A DNA stretch of 64,000 nucleotides from Tubiluchus corallicola (taxonomy: Eukaryota; Animalia; Priapulida). The notes beneath the pieces are model-generated. The model did no database searches and was not told the DNA's origin. It worked only from the letters and a program-made list of their open reading frames with translations. Below, one piece after another: positions 35,721 to 49,755 of the stretch; position 1 is the first letter of the stretch; the number at the start of each line of letters is the position of its first letter. The DNA lies in NCBI GenBank assembly GCA_030141605.1, contig JAQGDQ010000091.1:496001-560000 (forward strand), written 5' to 3'. The position numbers and the translations under genes are program-made.

Positions 35721-38700
35721 TTACTGCCATGAAGTTGGAGAAGAGTAGTCAGGGTACCAGGAGTTACCATTACTTTTACCATTTCCATTCCCATTAGATC
35801 CATTGCCATTCCATTGTTGCGAACTGTCACCATTACCATTACCATTGCTTTGATCCCAGGTTTGTTGCGAACCATTACCATTACCATTGCTTTGATCCCA
35901 GGTTTGTTGCGAACCATTACCATTACCATTGCTTTGATCCCAGGTTTGTTGCGAGCCATTGCCCTTACCATTACCATTTGCCCACCCAGCATTGCCATTG
36001 CTATTTTGACTCCAGCTTTGTTGTGAGCCATTACCATTCCCGTTGCTTTGATCCCATCCTTGTTGGGAGCCATTTCCATTTCCATTTTTGCCATTTGTCC
36101 ACGAAGCATTACCATTACCATTACCATTACCATTGCTTTGATCCCAGGTTTGTTGTGAGCCATTACCATTACCATTGTTCTGTTTCCAGCTTTGCTGTTG
36201 CCAGTCATTGCCATTTCCATTACCGTTGCTGCCATTTGTCCACGAAGCATTACCATTACCATTACCATTGCCATTGCCATTGCCATTGCCATTACCATTA
36301 CCATTGCTTTGATCCCAAGTTTGTTGTGAGCCATTACCATTTCCATTTTTGCCATTTGTCCACGAAGCATTACCATTGCCATTGCCATTGCCATTACCAT
36401 TGCTTTGATCCCAGCTTTGTTGTGAGCCATTACCATTACCATTGTTCTGTTTCCAGCTTTGCTGTTGCCAGTCATTGCCATTTCCATTTTTGCCATTGCC
36501 ATTGCCATTGCTTTGATCCCAGCTTTGTTGTGAGCCATTTCCATTTTTGCCATTTGTCCCCCAAGCATTACCATTGCCATTGCCGTTGCTTTGATCCCAT
36601 CCTTGTTGGGAGCCATTTCCATTTCCATTTTTGCCATTTGTCCACGAAGCATTACCATTGCCATTACCATTACCATTGCTTTGATCCCAGCTTTGTTGTG
36701 AGCCATTACCATTACCATTGCTTTGATCCCAGGTTTGTTGTGAGCCATTACCACTTCCATTTTTGCCATTTGTCCACGAAGCATTACCATTACCATTGCC
36801 ATTGCCATTACCATTGCTTTGATCCCAGGTTTGTTGTGAGCCATTGCTATTTCCATTTTTGCCATTTGTCCACCAAGCATTACCATTGCCATTGCCATTG
36901 CCATTGCCATTACCATTGCTTTGATCCCAGCTTTGTTGTGAGCCATTACCATTCCCGTTGCTTTGATCCCATCCTTGTTGGGAGCCATTTCCATTTCCAT
37001 TTTTGCCATTTGTCCACGAAGCATTACCATTGCCATTACCATTACCATTGCTTTGATCCCAGGTTTGTTGTGAGCCATTACCATTACCATTGTTCTGTTT
37101 CCAGCTTTGCTGTTGCCAGTCATTGCCATTTCCATTTTTGCCATTGCCATTGCTTTGATCCCAGCTTTGTTGTGAGCCATTTCCATTTTTGCCATTTGTC
37201 CCCCAAGCATTACCATTGCCATTGCCGTTGCTTTGATCCCATCCTTGTTGGGAGCCATTTCCATTTCCATTTTTGCCATTTGTCCACGAAGCATTACCAT
37301 TGCCATTACCATTACCATTGCTTTGATCCCAGCTTTGTTGTGAGCCATTACCATTACCATTGCTTTGATCCCAGGTTTGTTGTGAGCCATTACCATTTCC
37401 ATTTTTGCCATTTGTCCACGAAGCATTACCATTACCATTGCCATTGCCATTACCATTGCTTTGATCCCAGGTTTGTTGTGAGCCATTGCTATTTCCATTT
37501 TTGCCATTTGTCCACCAAGCATTACCATTGCCATTGCCATTGCCATTACCATTGCTTTGATCCCAGCTTTGTTGTGAGCCATTTCCATTTTTGCCATTTG
37601 TCCCCCAAGCATTACCATTGCCATTGCCGTTGCCATTACCGTTACCATTGCTTTGATCCCAGCTTTGTTGTGAGCCATTACCATTTCCATTTCCATTTTT
37701 GCCATTTGTCCACCCAGCATTACCATTGCCATTGCCGTTGCCATTACCGTTACCATTACTTTGATCCCAGCTTTGTTGCGAACCATTGCCATTTCCATTT
37801 TTTCCGTTTGTCCACCCAGCATTACCATTGTTTTGTTTCCAACTTTGCTGTTTCCAGCCATTACCGTTTCCATTACCATTACCATTACCATTGTTCTGAT
37901 TCCAGCTTTGTTGTTGCCAACTATTACCATTACTGGTTTTGCCATTTGCCGACCAGTCATTACCATTGCCGTTGCTTGCACCATTACCATTACCATTACC
38001 ATTTGCACTCCATCCTTGTTGTGAGCCATTGCCATTGCCATTTGTAGCCCAGCTTTGTGTATTACTGCCAAAATTACTCTTCCAGCTAGACTTTCTTCTG
38101 CCCTTGCGTGACCTTCCTTGGCCCCAGCTTTGAGCAACAGGCGCGGCCAAGGAGCACTTTAAAAAATAAATGTCAGCTAATCAGTTTATGACCAACAACA
38201 CTTTAGACAACAAAGTTATACTAAATCGTGAACAATTATGTACAAACGTAAATGTATAAATCTTACTGCATGTAAAAATGGTTTATAATAATCTAATGAA
38301 AATTATCTTCCCAAGTAATATGCAAGGGACTGCGTTTTCTTTCGTGCCCACACTTGCATTGTCCGTACTTCCTTAAAAATTTATTTTAAAGAATTGTTTA
38401 AAAGTTTCGATAAAATTTGGTTGATTGAAGTGCAATGAGCAACAAAACTTTTAGTTAGCATTTTCGGACCGCGATTCATTGGAAAATACGCAAGAAGGGA
38501 CGTTTTGATTTTTTGATGATTATGTATGACGTTAAGGTTTACGAAAACTATATTGGAGGTCATACTAATAAAAAAATGGTTAAAATCAAATTTTTATTTT
38601 TATTTTCTCATTTTACCAACTCCATTATTAATATCATTGTAAAAAAACGTCGCCATAGTCATAGTCTTGCAGTCTTTCTCTTTCACGGGAATATTTGTTT

Positions 38701-39237
38701 CTCAGTCACACCTCATACGTCTTTGTACGTTAGGCCTATTAGCTGTCCTGTGATTACACAGTAAGTTAACTTGTCTCAGAAAACATTTTGGTTTAAAATG
38801 TTCACTTACTAATGCTTCTGCTCATTTGCCTGTAAATCCTTAGCCTGCACAAAAATTAAGCCTTTGACTTTAGCCCCGCCCACTAGCTTTCCTGAGATAA
38901 CGTGCCGCAGTATTTCTCACCACCCGAACCCCAACTCTGTACCTTGTTTAAGAATTGACTTCAGTTATTGTGCTTGTAAAACCCTCTTTTTATGCCCTTA
39001 TAAAATTATGACTTGGTGATTATAATGCGAGTAACACTATGCATTTAATTTTGGCTTCTAAGTCAAGAAATCAAACGTGAGCAATGATATTTAAAAATAA
39101 AAAGATAGAAATACGATGTAAACAAAAATAAGTCTTATTAATATAATATTAATTTGCACTATTTAATTTTTGGTTTTACTTACGGTCATTAGCAGTGTAA
39201 TGCCAAAGAATAAATAGAATATCACAGATTTCTTCAT
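35721..39237 (-). CDS. Secreted (Asn-Gly)n / Trp / Gln repeat protein C (~829 aa); exons 39237-39184 and 38156-35721
   Basis: Exon 1 MKKSVIFYLFFGITLLMT|gtaagt. Exon 2 follows ttttaaag and reads CSLAAPVAQSWGQGRSRKGRRK..., open for 2436 nt. Modules GSQQ[STG]WDQSN(GN)n, A[SWG][WG]TNGKN(GN)n and DWQQQSWKQNN recur. Unique tail WYPDYSSPTSWQ. Confidence 0.92.
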
Positions 39238-41038
39238 CTTGTCTCACTTGTCTCACTATAAGTCAAATATTATAAGACCATCAACTCACAACTAAGATTA
39301 GGCCACAACTCAGAAACGGCAGGCTGGTAATGCATTCGAAATTACGGCCCTTGTTCCTTATGTACGGAAAATAAAACTGTAATAACCTACTTTTTCTATC
39401 AATATTATGCCGAATTATTATGAAAGAAATAATTGTAAACATATCGCACGTGATCAGACTACCTACTAGAATAATTGTGTTATAATATATGCCCGTTTAA
39501 GTTTAAGTTAACTAATTTATAACCGCAATAACCTAGACTGACAGCTTGGTCAGAGTGCTGATGACAACAGTGAAAGTGTGTTACGCTAAAAAAGATATAG
39601 AGCAAGTAAAAGTTGAGAGGTGCATCTTTGCGTCGCCAAATAAGTGCACCTGATCTCCTCAGGGTTTGGCACAGATTTTCTTAATTTCTTAATATCTCGT
39701 AAATCTTAATTATAGATGTCCCTAGGAGAGAGAGCAACCAAATAGTTATCAGTCCGATTTGACAGCGTGTCTGCGTATCCATCTATGAACAATTTTTAGT
39801 TCGAGTGTTTGATTCTACAAAATTAGGGGATGCGTTACTGTTAAAAACGTTGTATCTTTCTAAACGGTGTAAAATAGACCGTTTATATGGAGTGCACACA
39901 AGTATTATTGCGGCTTTTAAATGGTTATTATCACATTTCGTTTTGGTAATATGTGTATCTCAAAATTAAAAGTCGAAGTGCAACAGAAAGTGTTATTATT
40001 TATCACGAGCGTTTCACTTATGATGTCACAATCGACCTTGAATGACACTTTCAACTTTATTCAAATTCAAACTATTGGATAGACTATTTGCAAATCCAAC
40101 TTAATTTTTATGCATTTACCAAAAAGTCAACACCTCTGATCTCTCATTAAGAGTTTTCGAGATTGTATTCATTCTGGCCTGATTTAGTCGTCGCTTTTGT
40201 TCGCGAATAGTGGTACTTTTTAGCAATTCTGTTCCCTCGTATTACTGTACAATGTTATTGCATTGCTGTATTGTATTGTTGTAAAACAATAGTTATAGTT
40301 ACTAAAACTATGTATAGTTAGTAACTCGTAAAATGCGCAGGCAGGGAATATTAAAATATTAATGTTAATATTAAAATCGCCCATAACTAAGATTTGTTTT
40401 CAAATACTGCTCTTTCTAATTCTATTCGAAATAGTTTCAATGTGAAAAACGTTTTCAATTTAGCATTCGTTTTGGGAGTCTATAAATTGTGCATACTAAG
40501 TAATCCCCAATGTTGCACCACATGGATTCATTCTTTCCTGATCAAATACCTCTTTGTTTGATCCTTTCTGAATAATGTGTGATTTGGTAACTGTATTGAA
40601 AACTTGAAATTAGTTAATATAATCATGTTTCACTTATGCCAATAATTAGATTTTCTGTTGCATGGACTGTCTTTTTTAACTATTCATGTTTTTACTAGGC
40701 TTTAAATATTAATGTGGAGGAATTTAAATGTTTTTTATAATTGCAAATAAACTTTTTTAATTCTGCGTTTAGTATTTGGTTGCCAAGTAAACATACTGCG
40801 GCAATAAAAATTCACGTTGTACGAAGTTTTCTTGGCTGATTGTATCCTCTAATTACAATGAGTAAAATGTTGATATACTGCTAATTTTGCAGATTGCTGT
40901 AATTATTATTAATACACTAACTGGTAATTTCTTTGCTGCGTTTGGGAAAAATGTAGAAGGAACTATTTTAGATACGTTACCTGGTTTATAGAATGCCTAG
41001 GCATTTTGTAAAAATACCCGATTTCACACAGTGCCTGT

Positions 41039-41041
<3 letters not shown>

Positions 41042-41082
<41 letters not shown>

Positions 41083-41086
41083 TATA
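41042..41086. repeat. (AT)n microsatellite
   Basis: Read directly. Confidence 0.9.
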
Positions 41087-42855
41087 GCTTATATAATAAT
41101 AGTAATAAGTAATTGTGTGAGGGTGTGTGTGTCTGCGTGTATGCGCCCGCGCGTACGTGCGTATGCTGTCTACTCCTCATAGATTAATCACATTATAGGT
41201 AATAATAAAAAACAGTTTACATCATCATTATAAATACTTTATAGAAAGAAAATTGATACGATTTGAAAATAATTAGGTATACGTTATTGTATTTCGGCAA
41301 TAACCTGCAGTTATCACATGCACATAACTGGAGGGCTAGTGCTACAAATAGCAAACGAACATTATAATTATTTTTCACATTTGAATAACGAGAAAATTAT
41401 AGATAATGTCGTTTAACTTCTGAAAGACAGAGGTTTTATTATCCTTGCTGAGTTATATAATATGCTTAACTCAGCGATCAATAAGGACTTTAAGACCAAA
41501 TTTTGTTGCTATGGGGAATAACTGGTTGATATAACTATCTAAACCGACAGGTCTGAGCCTTTAGGCAATTCTTATCATATTTTCGATATTTATAAGAAAG
41601 TTCACACTTTGGCCCGCACTCCCGGGATGCTAAAATTATATAAAAGTTTATAACACCAAAATTATTACAAAGATACGCTTTCTTACTACTAAGGATGAAC
41701 AGAAAATTTTTCTCGACTTTTTGGTGATATTATTAGTGGTCAAATTATGTAATCTCTTAACCCTTTCACAAAAATTACAAATTCCTAGATAAGTTGCAAC
41801 CCTTTTCCCATACAGCAATTTTAAATAACTTGAATTTTTGTCACAAATGAGATCTAGAATTCATCCAAAATTTGTAAAGTCTGTTTTACTTTCAAAATTA
41901 CATGCCTACATTAGGAAGAAAGGACCCTTGTCAATATTACAATACCAAGAATTGGACGACGAAAACGCCTGTAGTTAAGAAACCAACGGAGAAAACAACA
42001 AAGTAGGCCTAATGTAGACGCTATTTTTTCTCTCCGTTATTAATAAAGAAGGACAAAAAACAACGTCTACACAACTTTGTTATTATTAATAAAGCCTGAA
42101 GGTCATTGTCTGATGGTTGTACTATCCCGTGTTCGACTTCATAGCCCGCAGTTAACCCGTGTACGACTTAACCCATTTTATCATAATTATCAATTATACG
42201 AGAAATTCTTACATAGATGTCCATGATTTTTTCGTGGATGAAAACAGTAACTTTATTCTCACTTATGAGATGACAGCTATCACTCAGTAGTTATAGTATT
42301 TATAAATGCATATTCGGTATAATCCAATTAATCATTTAATGACACAAGTTTATTATGGGCTCATTTCTACTCTGCATATTGTAAAATTGCGTTTTGGCCT
42401 AAATAATGTTCTCTGTCGTTGACATGGTTGTGCATGCAGGCCTCCTAAATATGTGTACACATAATTTTCGTATCATTCAAGTATTGCACATGCTGTCGTG
42501 TATAAATTAAGATATGTGTATTTATACTCCGACCTGCCTATAAACTGTCATCAATATATTGTTAACGTTGTTGACCTATATCTGCTGATATCATACGATA
42601 ATACGACTGCGCAAAACACAACTTAACATGAGAAATAAATTTGTCAATTAGGCAGCATTACCTAAAATGAATATAAATAAATGCAAATCCTTCGATATAG
42701 TAAACTTACATTCTTTATGCTATAAACCTTTCGGCAAAAGACTGGTTGTCTAGAGATGAAATGAATCATTTTACTTTCACTAAAGAAAATGAAGCGTGTC
42801 AAAGTTTTCTCATCCGTAAAGCATAACTATTGAAAATCAACTGAAAACGAAAAAG

Positions 42856-43370
42856 AATAACGGGTCACCCTACAATTTAATTTTGCCAAAAAAGTCCCTG
42901 AAGAAAATGGACTTAAAAACGCCCACATTTCTATTGAAGTTTTATTAGGCAGGCATAGAGTCGTTAAATGTGGTATTGCAGTTGACAACAAACGTCTTTG
43001 TTGCTACTCATACTGGTGCTACTGTACTACTATTATTGTTGTTCTTATTATTTTGCTATTATCATCATTTTATTGTCGTCGACATTGTTATTATTAATTG
43101 CATTGTGCAATAACGAGTCACCCTACAATTTAATTTACCAAAAAGTCCCTGAAGAAAATGGACTTATTACGCCTACCCTTGTTTTAATGAAGTTTTGTTA
43201 GGCAGGCATAGTATCGTCAAATGTGGTATGGCAGTTGACAACAAACGTCTTTGTTGCTACTCGTACTGTTGCTGCTGCACTGCTATTATTGTTGTTGTTC
43301 TTATTATTTTGCTATTATCATCATTTTATTGTTGTTATCGGTCGATGTTGATATTATTAATTGCACTATG
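42856..43370. repeat. Tandem duplication, two diverged copies of a ~253-bp unit
   Basis: AATAACG.GTCACCCTACAATTTAATTT..CAAAAAGTCCCTGAAGAAAATGGACTT starts at ~42856 and ~43109, and similarity continues through gcagttgacaacaaacgtctttgttgctactc. Confidence 0.9.
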
Positions 43371-45553
43371 CTAGTATAAAAAATACCTTCCAAATATTTG
43401 AGTCATTAATTACTCAAAGGCGGTTGCGTAAAATGTACAACAAAAAGGTCGGAAGGCTTTTACTTAACATTTAAAATCAACACAAAACAATAGAACACGT
43501 TCCTTTCCCAATATTTTTTACCTAGTAAAATTTTGCTACACTGCTTAATGTAAATGGCCTTGCATAGACACTAAAAATGATTTCTTAAAATTAGCGGAAA
43601 CAATTATCACTAATCCTCTTCTTTGGCATTATTTTGAGTCAGACGCCTAAATAAAAGCAAGCGGCTCAAACACACCAAGTAATTTTCCAAAAAAATCGCA
43701 ATCAATAAATTAACTAGTTGACTGATTAATCTATTAGCTGGCATAAAACAACAACATTTTCTTGAGAATAATTAACATATAAAATCGGACATTTCATGTA
43801 AAAAACAACAGATGACACGACAACTAATATGTTGGATAAAGGAGTCACTTAAAAACTGTGCCAGCTAATTAATACTTCACTAACTATATAACTAGTATTA
43901 TCACATTTTGAAAAGATATAGGTAGCAACGTTTGATTATTCGCAATATTAATGAAAACTCAGATTTGCTTCTGCGTGTCTGTGGATACGAAAGGCAAAGA
44001 CAATCCTGAATTAGTTGCATTGATTTGTTAATCATTGATTTTCTCCATCTAGTTATATTTAACTATCAATGCCACAAATGTTGAATTGTGTCAGTTAATT
44101 GATTAGTTAATTAACCTTGTGATTTTATACTTCTGTTGATTGTTCACACAGATAGTGCTAACTAGTTGCATACTACATGCTTGTCCGTGTTATGAAGCTG
44201 AAGCTCGATAGTGCTGAAGTTTTAATTACAAGGTCACAAGTTCAAATCCTAACCCATTCATAATTTTCAGCATTTCCTTTTAGTTGCTGTCCACAAAGCG
44301 CCAGGTTTGCTAATTCTGTCTCATCACAGAAAGTCTATTTGCCAGCTAAATGACTAATTAATTAATAAACAAAAAAGTGATATGTAGGGTTGACTGACCA
44401 CATCTGAAAGCTGTAGCACAGTGGAAGAGCATGTGAAACCACCATGCACAACAATTCTAGCTACCAATGTAAAGATTCATTATCCACTTTTACAAAATTA
44501 TTTTTGTACATAATTCTTAAAATAGGTTTACATTCTACAGCCTTAAAACTTAGATTACCACTGTTTGGTGGATTTTTGATAATAACTACTTAAAGAATTT
44601 CATCTAAAATCAGCATGTCTAGCTTCTGACTCAGTGAGTAGTTTATAAAACACACAAGAAACAAATTCTCTGTAAAAGTATTATTTTTAAAATATTTGTG
44701 AATTTCCTCAAAACACAGTGATGATATTGACATTAATTTATACAATAGTAATACTACTTTCCAGCAAGAAACCTATACACTGTACAGACTGGCATTTCAA
44801 TAAGGTCTATTACATTTGCTATCTCTTGCATGAATAAACAGGTCTTGGAGTATTCCAACACACAGAGCAGGCACTAATGTAATCATACAAAATGCAAATT
44901 TTTCCATTATTCGTCAAGATAATTTTAGTTAAATGAGGTTTTGTGTAAAAATGGACTTTTTCACAAAACATAGTTATCATAATCTATAATTTTCATTTGA
45001 ATTACTCTAAAGCAAAATATAATCTGTGAAAAATAACACCTCATGTTATATTTGAAGTATTCACCACCTAATTCATTAATCTCCAATTTTATAAGCATTG
45101 GTAAATGGCAATTTTCAGCAATCGCAATCAGCAAGCAGGCAGTAATTTAACACAGCAATAAAATTTACAAGAAAATTATTGAAATACTAACAAGTGAGTA
45201 TATTAGGTAAGAAATAAATGCTGTATAATACAGGTAAGCATAAATATTTTTTCAATGTAGACACTGATGAGGTGACATGTTTGTCAAATTGCTTCTAACT
45301 GGAGGTGCAAATTAACTGCACAGCCTCTGTAAATAGCTGACTGGTCACAGTATATACTTGATGACCGATGTTATGCAACTGTAGTCCTACTTGGTAGTAA
45401 ATGGTGTAGAAAGACTTCTGGGGTGGTTTCACCTGCAACATTGTTTGTGGGTCATCTACCATGTTGAGAGAAGATGACTGTATGCGCATGCAGTCATGGA
45501 TACGTCACATCTACCTTGGCCACTTCTACCAGAGCGCATATACACATTATACA

Positions 45554-48500
45554 TCAGCTAGTACTCAACGATATAAATGTTGTCTTGTTCCCTGTTTTGC
45601 AAGTAACTTTGCTGATCCAGTAAGACATACAGTCAAAATTGCTTTCTACACAACTATGTAACATATCCTAAAATATAGACAAATCAAAATAATAGGACAA
45701 AGAACTAATTGGCATTATAAAAACTAAGAATGGGTTGCTTTTTAGTTGTTATTTGAATTCAATATATCAAAGTGATATGTTGCTAAATGTTCATTTTCAA
45801 GTGACCGTTGTAGCAAAAATTTTCAAAGCAGCACCACCATCATTCTTGTTTAGTAAGTACAAAAAAATTTATCAAAGTAACAAAACTAGAAGCAAAAATT
45901 CATATTTGGAGCAAATCAAAACAAGTTATAAATTTATGGCTGTAAGAGGAACTGCATGATGAATCGATGATGTCTATGATTTGGTACATGTAACAGTACA
46001 TGTAATAAGTACAAATTATCTAATAAATTGCAGCATTATTGCTTTTTGATTAATATACATTCTCTTAAGCTTAACAGAGATGGTGAAGCAATGCATTTTC
46101 ATATAAATGCAAAAATCTTAACATGGGTTATACGTGCCGAGTTAAAATTGTGGTTGGTGAGTTGTTAATGTTGCACAGTTATTGTGTTAATAATAATAAC
46201 CTGAAATACTTACATTTAATTGTGTTTTTAGAAGCTGAGTAATACTTGCAGACACATCATCTAATGCCCATGCAAAACTCATATGAAACGAAGGACTCTA
46301 TAATAGGATAACATAAATTTTTATTAAGCAACATTAAATAAAAGTTGATGTCAGATTATCACGAATTGACCATCCTTGATGATGTGTCCAACCTATTAGA
46401 AAACTTAAGCTACATTTACTAGACATTCGGAACAGCATATAAACACCTGCAAAATAGAAGTGTAATAAATTAGGCAATGGGTTTTAGGTAATGCATATTG
46501 TTTGAATATGGTTGCCTTGTGCCACCTTTACTTATACCATACCTTTCCTACAAGCACAAGGTCCAATATGCATTAACGCAGCCTGATATTAATGTAGATT
46601 GCATTAAAAAAATTCAAAAGGATTTTTGTCTGTAACTCAGTTTGCAGACGCAGTTACTCACACGTAGTTCCGCATGCCTGGTAATTGTGACTTTAGTGTC
46701 TTATTTAATGCTTACATTACAACAGTAATAGGCAGACACATACTGTTTCTAATTTAACTTGTGTATTTTTAAGATGTGATTAACAAGTTTCTCTTGTAAA
46801 CACATCATTTAACCAGAAATCAATACGCAAAATTTTGTTCCCATCCTCGACCTGCGTGCCCTCTCAAGCTAACATGAAACAATTAATTTATGTTTTCTTA
46901 TTCTCTATCGCTGCCTTTGAAGACTTACCTGATTTTTTTACATTAACAACAATTGCTGTGAAACACACAACTTTACACAAAAATTTACACTACTGCTATT
47001 ATGTACTCAACTATGTAAGACTACTACAGCTATATTACATATGGTTCGCTTTTAATTAATTTTAATTAATTATCCTCAATTCCGGCAAAAATAATTAAAC
47101 TATTAAAAATATCTGTAATTATTTTAAAAAATGTATTTTGATGCCATTCTACCCATCTGATATGTTTTAGAGTTACCTGGTAAAATGCTTTTTGCCGAAA
47201 TTCTTTCATCACATGATCAGCACATGAAGAAATCTTCTGCAAATTTTGCACTCCTGTTTCAACATCCAGACCAACAAATGTCCTAAAAAAGATAAAAACA
47301 GTAAATAGGTTGCATTGCTATATGGTAAATAACTGCTTAAATATTCTATTGGAATAACGATGTTCATTAAGAAATATCAAGAAAGTTTGTCTGTTTTACT
47401 TAGCATGATATTAAAACAGTTTAGGTTTGTTTACAGCTACATGTGGTACTCATACATTCTATCTATCCCTAAAATGGTGATAATTTTACTAGTCATGCGC
47501 AACTATAAAATTTGCCCCCATTGAGTTACTTACAAAACTAAAGTTCAGTGGCATAATATAAAATTTCAAATCTTTTATTTATTCACATTTATTTTATTTA
47601 TTCAATTTGTAAATGTCTAAATAGAGTACTGAACAAGTGAACATATAAATAAAAAGCGTGCTAGTTGGCATACAGTTCAGATTTTATATCATATCTTGTG
47701 TTTGCTTAATTAGGTAATTCTAGCTCGCCAATTTTCTTAATTACTCTAAGTAAAATTATAGAATAGGAAACTGGAAATTTTAGCCTGCTACATTTGCTCA
47801 CTATTCAGTAGTATTAATTAATCTGAGATTAGAGTACCGCAATATGATCATAACGTCTAGACTATGGTCAGATAAACGATAGACCTTAATAAATGAGTCA
47901 CTACTTCCATAATACTAATTTAAGATAGCACACCATATTATGTCTCATCGTAAATTCATAAGTATATTCAAGGTTGTCTGAGGATTGCTAATTATTAACA
48001 AAATACATCTCCAAACAGCCAAATACATACTTTGCCAGTATGAACAAACAGGTCATAATGTTGTGGAAAAAACAAAACACTCACTTGGAGATTAATTAAC
48101 TTCCAGATTTTTATAGATGGTAAGGTGACAAAAGTTAAATTGATTACAACTACAACTTATTTTCAAGTAAATACATGACACAACACCTTACCTAGTTTTT
48201 TCTTCATTTGTGTAAACAGCAACTCCACCGAAAGAAATGCTAAAGCTGTAAAGAAGAAATTGAACTAATTAATAACATTAGCAGGATGTTTTAGATCTTT
48301 TCTTTTCTCTAAAAATTTTGTCAATATCTAGACGTACACAATTAATGCGCAATTTTACTTGTCACTATTTGCACATTAAAATCTCACAGTCTCACAGATG
48401 ATAAACTTGATGTACACAACAAAAGGTTTAAAAATCACAAGAATGTTTACTAATCTGACTTGTTGTTGCTTAACTGTCATATTTAAACACACACTATATC

Positions 48501-49591
48501 ACCACTCATTTATTTTTACCTTGTTAACATCATCGGCTTTCATAACTTTGAATTTCTCACCGTAACTGCTGTCAGAGCGAGACAAGAAAAATCCATCAAA
48601 ATGCTTTTCCAAAAAAGCATCATGTTGAACAAGCATTTCTTTAAGCACACAATGGTTGACTGGATAAATATTTCATGCTCAATTATTTTCATAATTACCT
48701 TAACACAGTCTGTAATTTTTCTTTTAGTGATTGTCTAAAATCATCCAGCCAGTGGTGACACAGTACAACAGTTCTTGACACGCTAACATGCAAGTCCTCT
48801 GTGTCGACGTAATGCCACTTCCTATTTGTTAGTTCTCCCAGACATTTGACTAAATACTGCAGCACTAATACAAACTTGTTTTCTGGCTCTACTGTAAAAA
48901 ATAACATATTTGGTTAGTTAGTCAATAATGTAAATGAAACTGCAATATATCTCAGGCTAAACTTGCATCTAGATAAAAATTAAAATGCACTGTGTTTAAG
49001 TCAAACTGTAAAAATAGCATCTTTTTGAAGAAAAAAAATCATAGCCCAACCTTCTTATAGCAAAATTTTATATATAATACATGCTTTAAAGGGGCAATTG
49101 TTCAAGTGCTCATAATGCTTTATTTGTTAGCATTGCTGTTTACATATTGGTGATGCCAGTCATTGACTCACCAACTGCTGAAATTGCTATTGAACGAACT
49201 GCTGCATCGTATATTGATTCATTTTTAGCTACTAAAATGGATACAAACTTACTAGCCACATAAATATAGGTCGCCCAGTTGCCTCTTACATGTGGAAAAC
49301 TTCGTATTCGTCCACTATGCTGCTTCTGTTGACTTGAGGGAGAATCATTGCCATCATCATGCAAACATACAATGGCTCCTGGGAGTGGAAGACTGGTAAA
49401 ACAATTAAATATGAAACAAATTGCAAAATGATTTCAACAACCTTTTTTGCGACTACAATGCTTCATCAAAACTTAAATTACCTGCTTCCAATATTAGGTT
49501 TATGAATTTCCTTGTATGTCTCATTCACAGTCTTACATTCAGTGCTGTCATCTTCAGAATAAACAGAAGCTAGCAATTTTAATCCATCCAT
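45554..49591 (-). CDS. USB1: U6 snRNA phosphodiesterase USB1 (2H family, ~266 aa); exons 49591-49482, 49392-49253, 48891-48699, 48245-48192, 47282-47177, 46297-46214, 45667-45554
   Basis: Motifs LPLP, HSGRIRSFPHVRGNWATYIYV, first HxS (LHVSVSRTVVL.HHW), YTNEEKTRTF, second HxS (PSFHMSFAW) and C-terminal CKTGNK. All introns are GT-AG and in frame (801 nt total). Confidence 0.95.
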
Positions 49592-49755
49592 TGCACCATG
49601 AGCTTGAAACCTAAAAAGGTGAAATTTATCATTTTTCTCTTTTTATGAAGACAGTATTATTATAAATTCATTACATTACACCCACTAATATTTGCTTACA
49701 AACATCTGATTTTATAGCATATTCTAACCACTTACTCAAGTTCTTGTTTTATTTA

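Noticed and set aside
35978-38047. 689-aa His/Cys-rich plus-strand ORF resembling a metal-binding protein
   Set aside because: It is the antisense shadow of the AAT-GGT/GGC repeat. It is confined to the repeat, whereas the minus NG frame has a signal exon, splice sites and unique termini.
35612-38137. 841-aa Met/Ala/Val-rich ORF
   Set aside because: Shifted frame of protein C (AATGGT read as ATG GTx); out of phase with the splice acceptor and the signal exon.
44190-44255. tRNA-like B box (GTTCAAATCC)
   Set aside because: No complete cloverleaf; at most a decayed SINE head.
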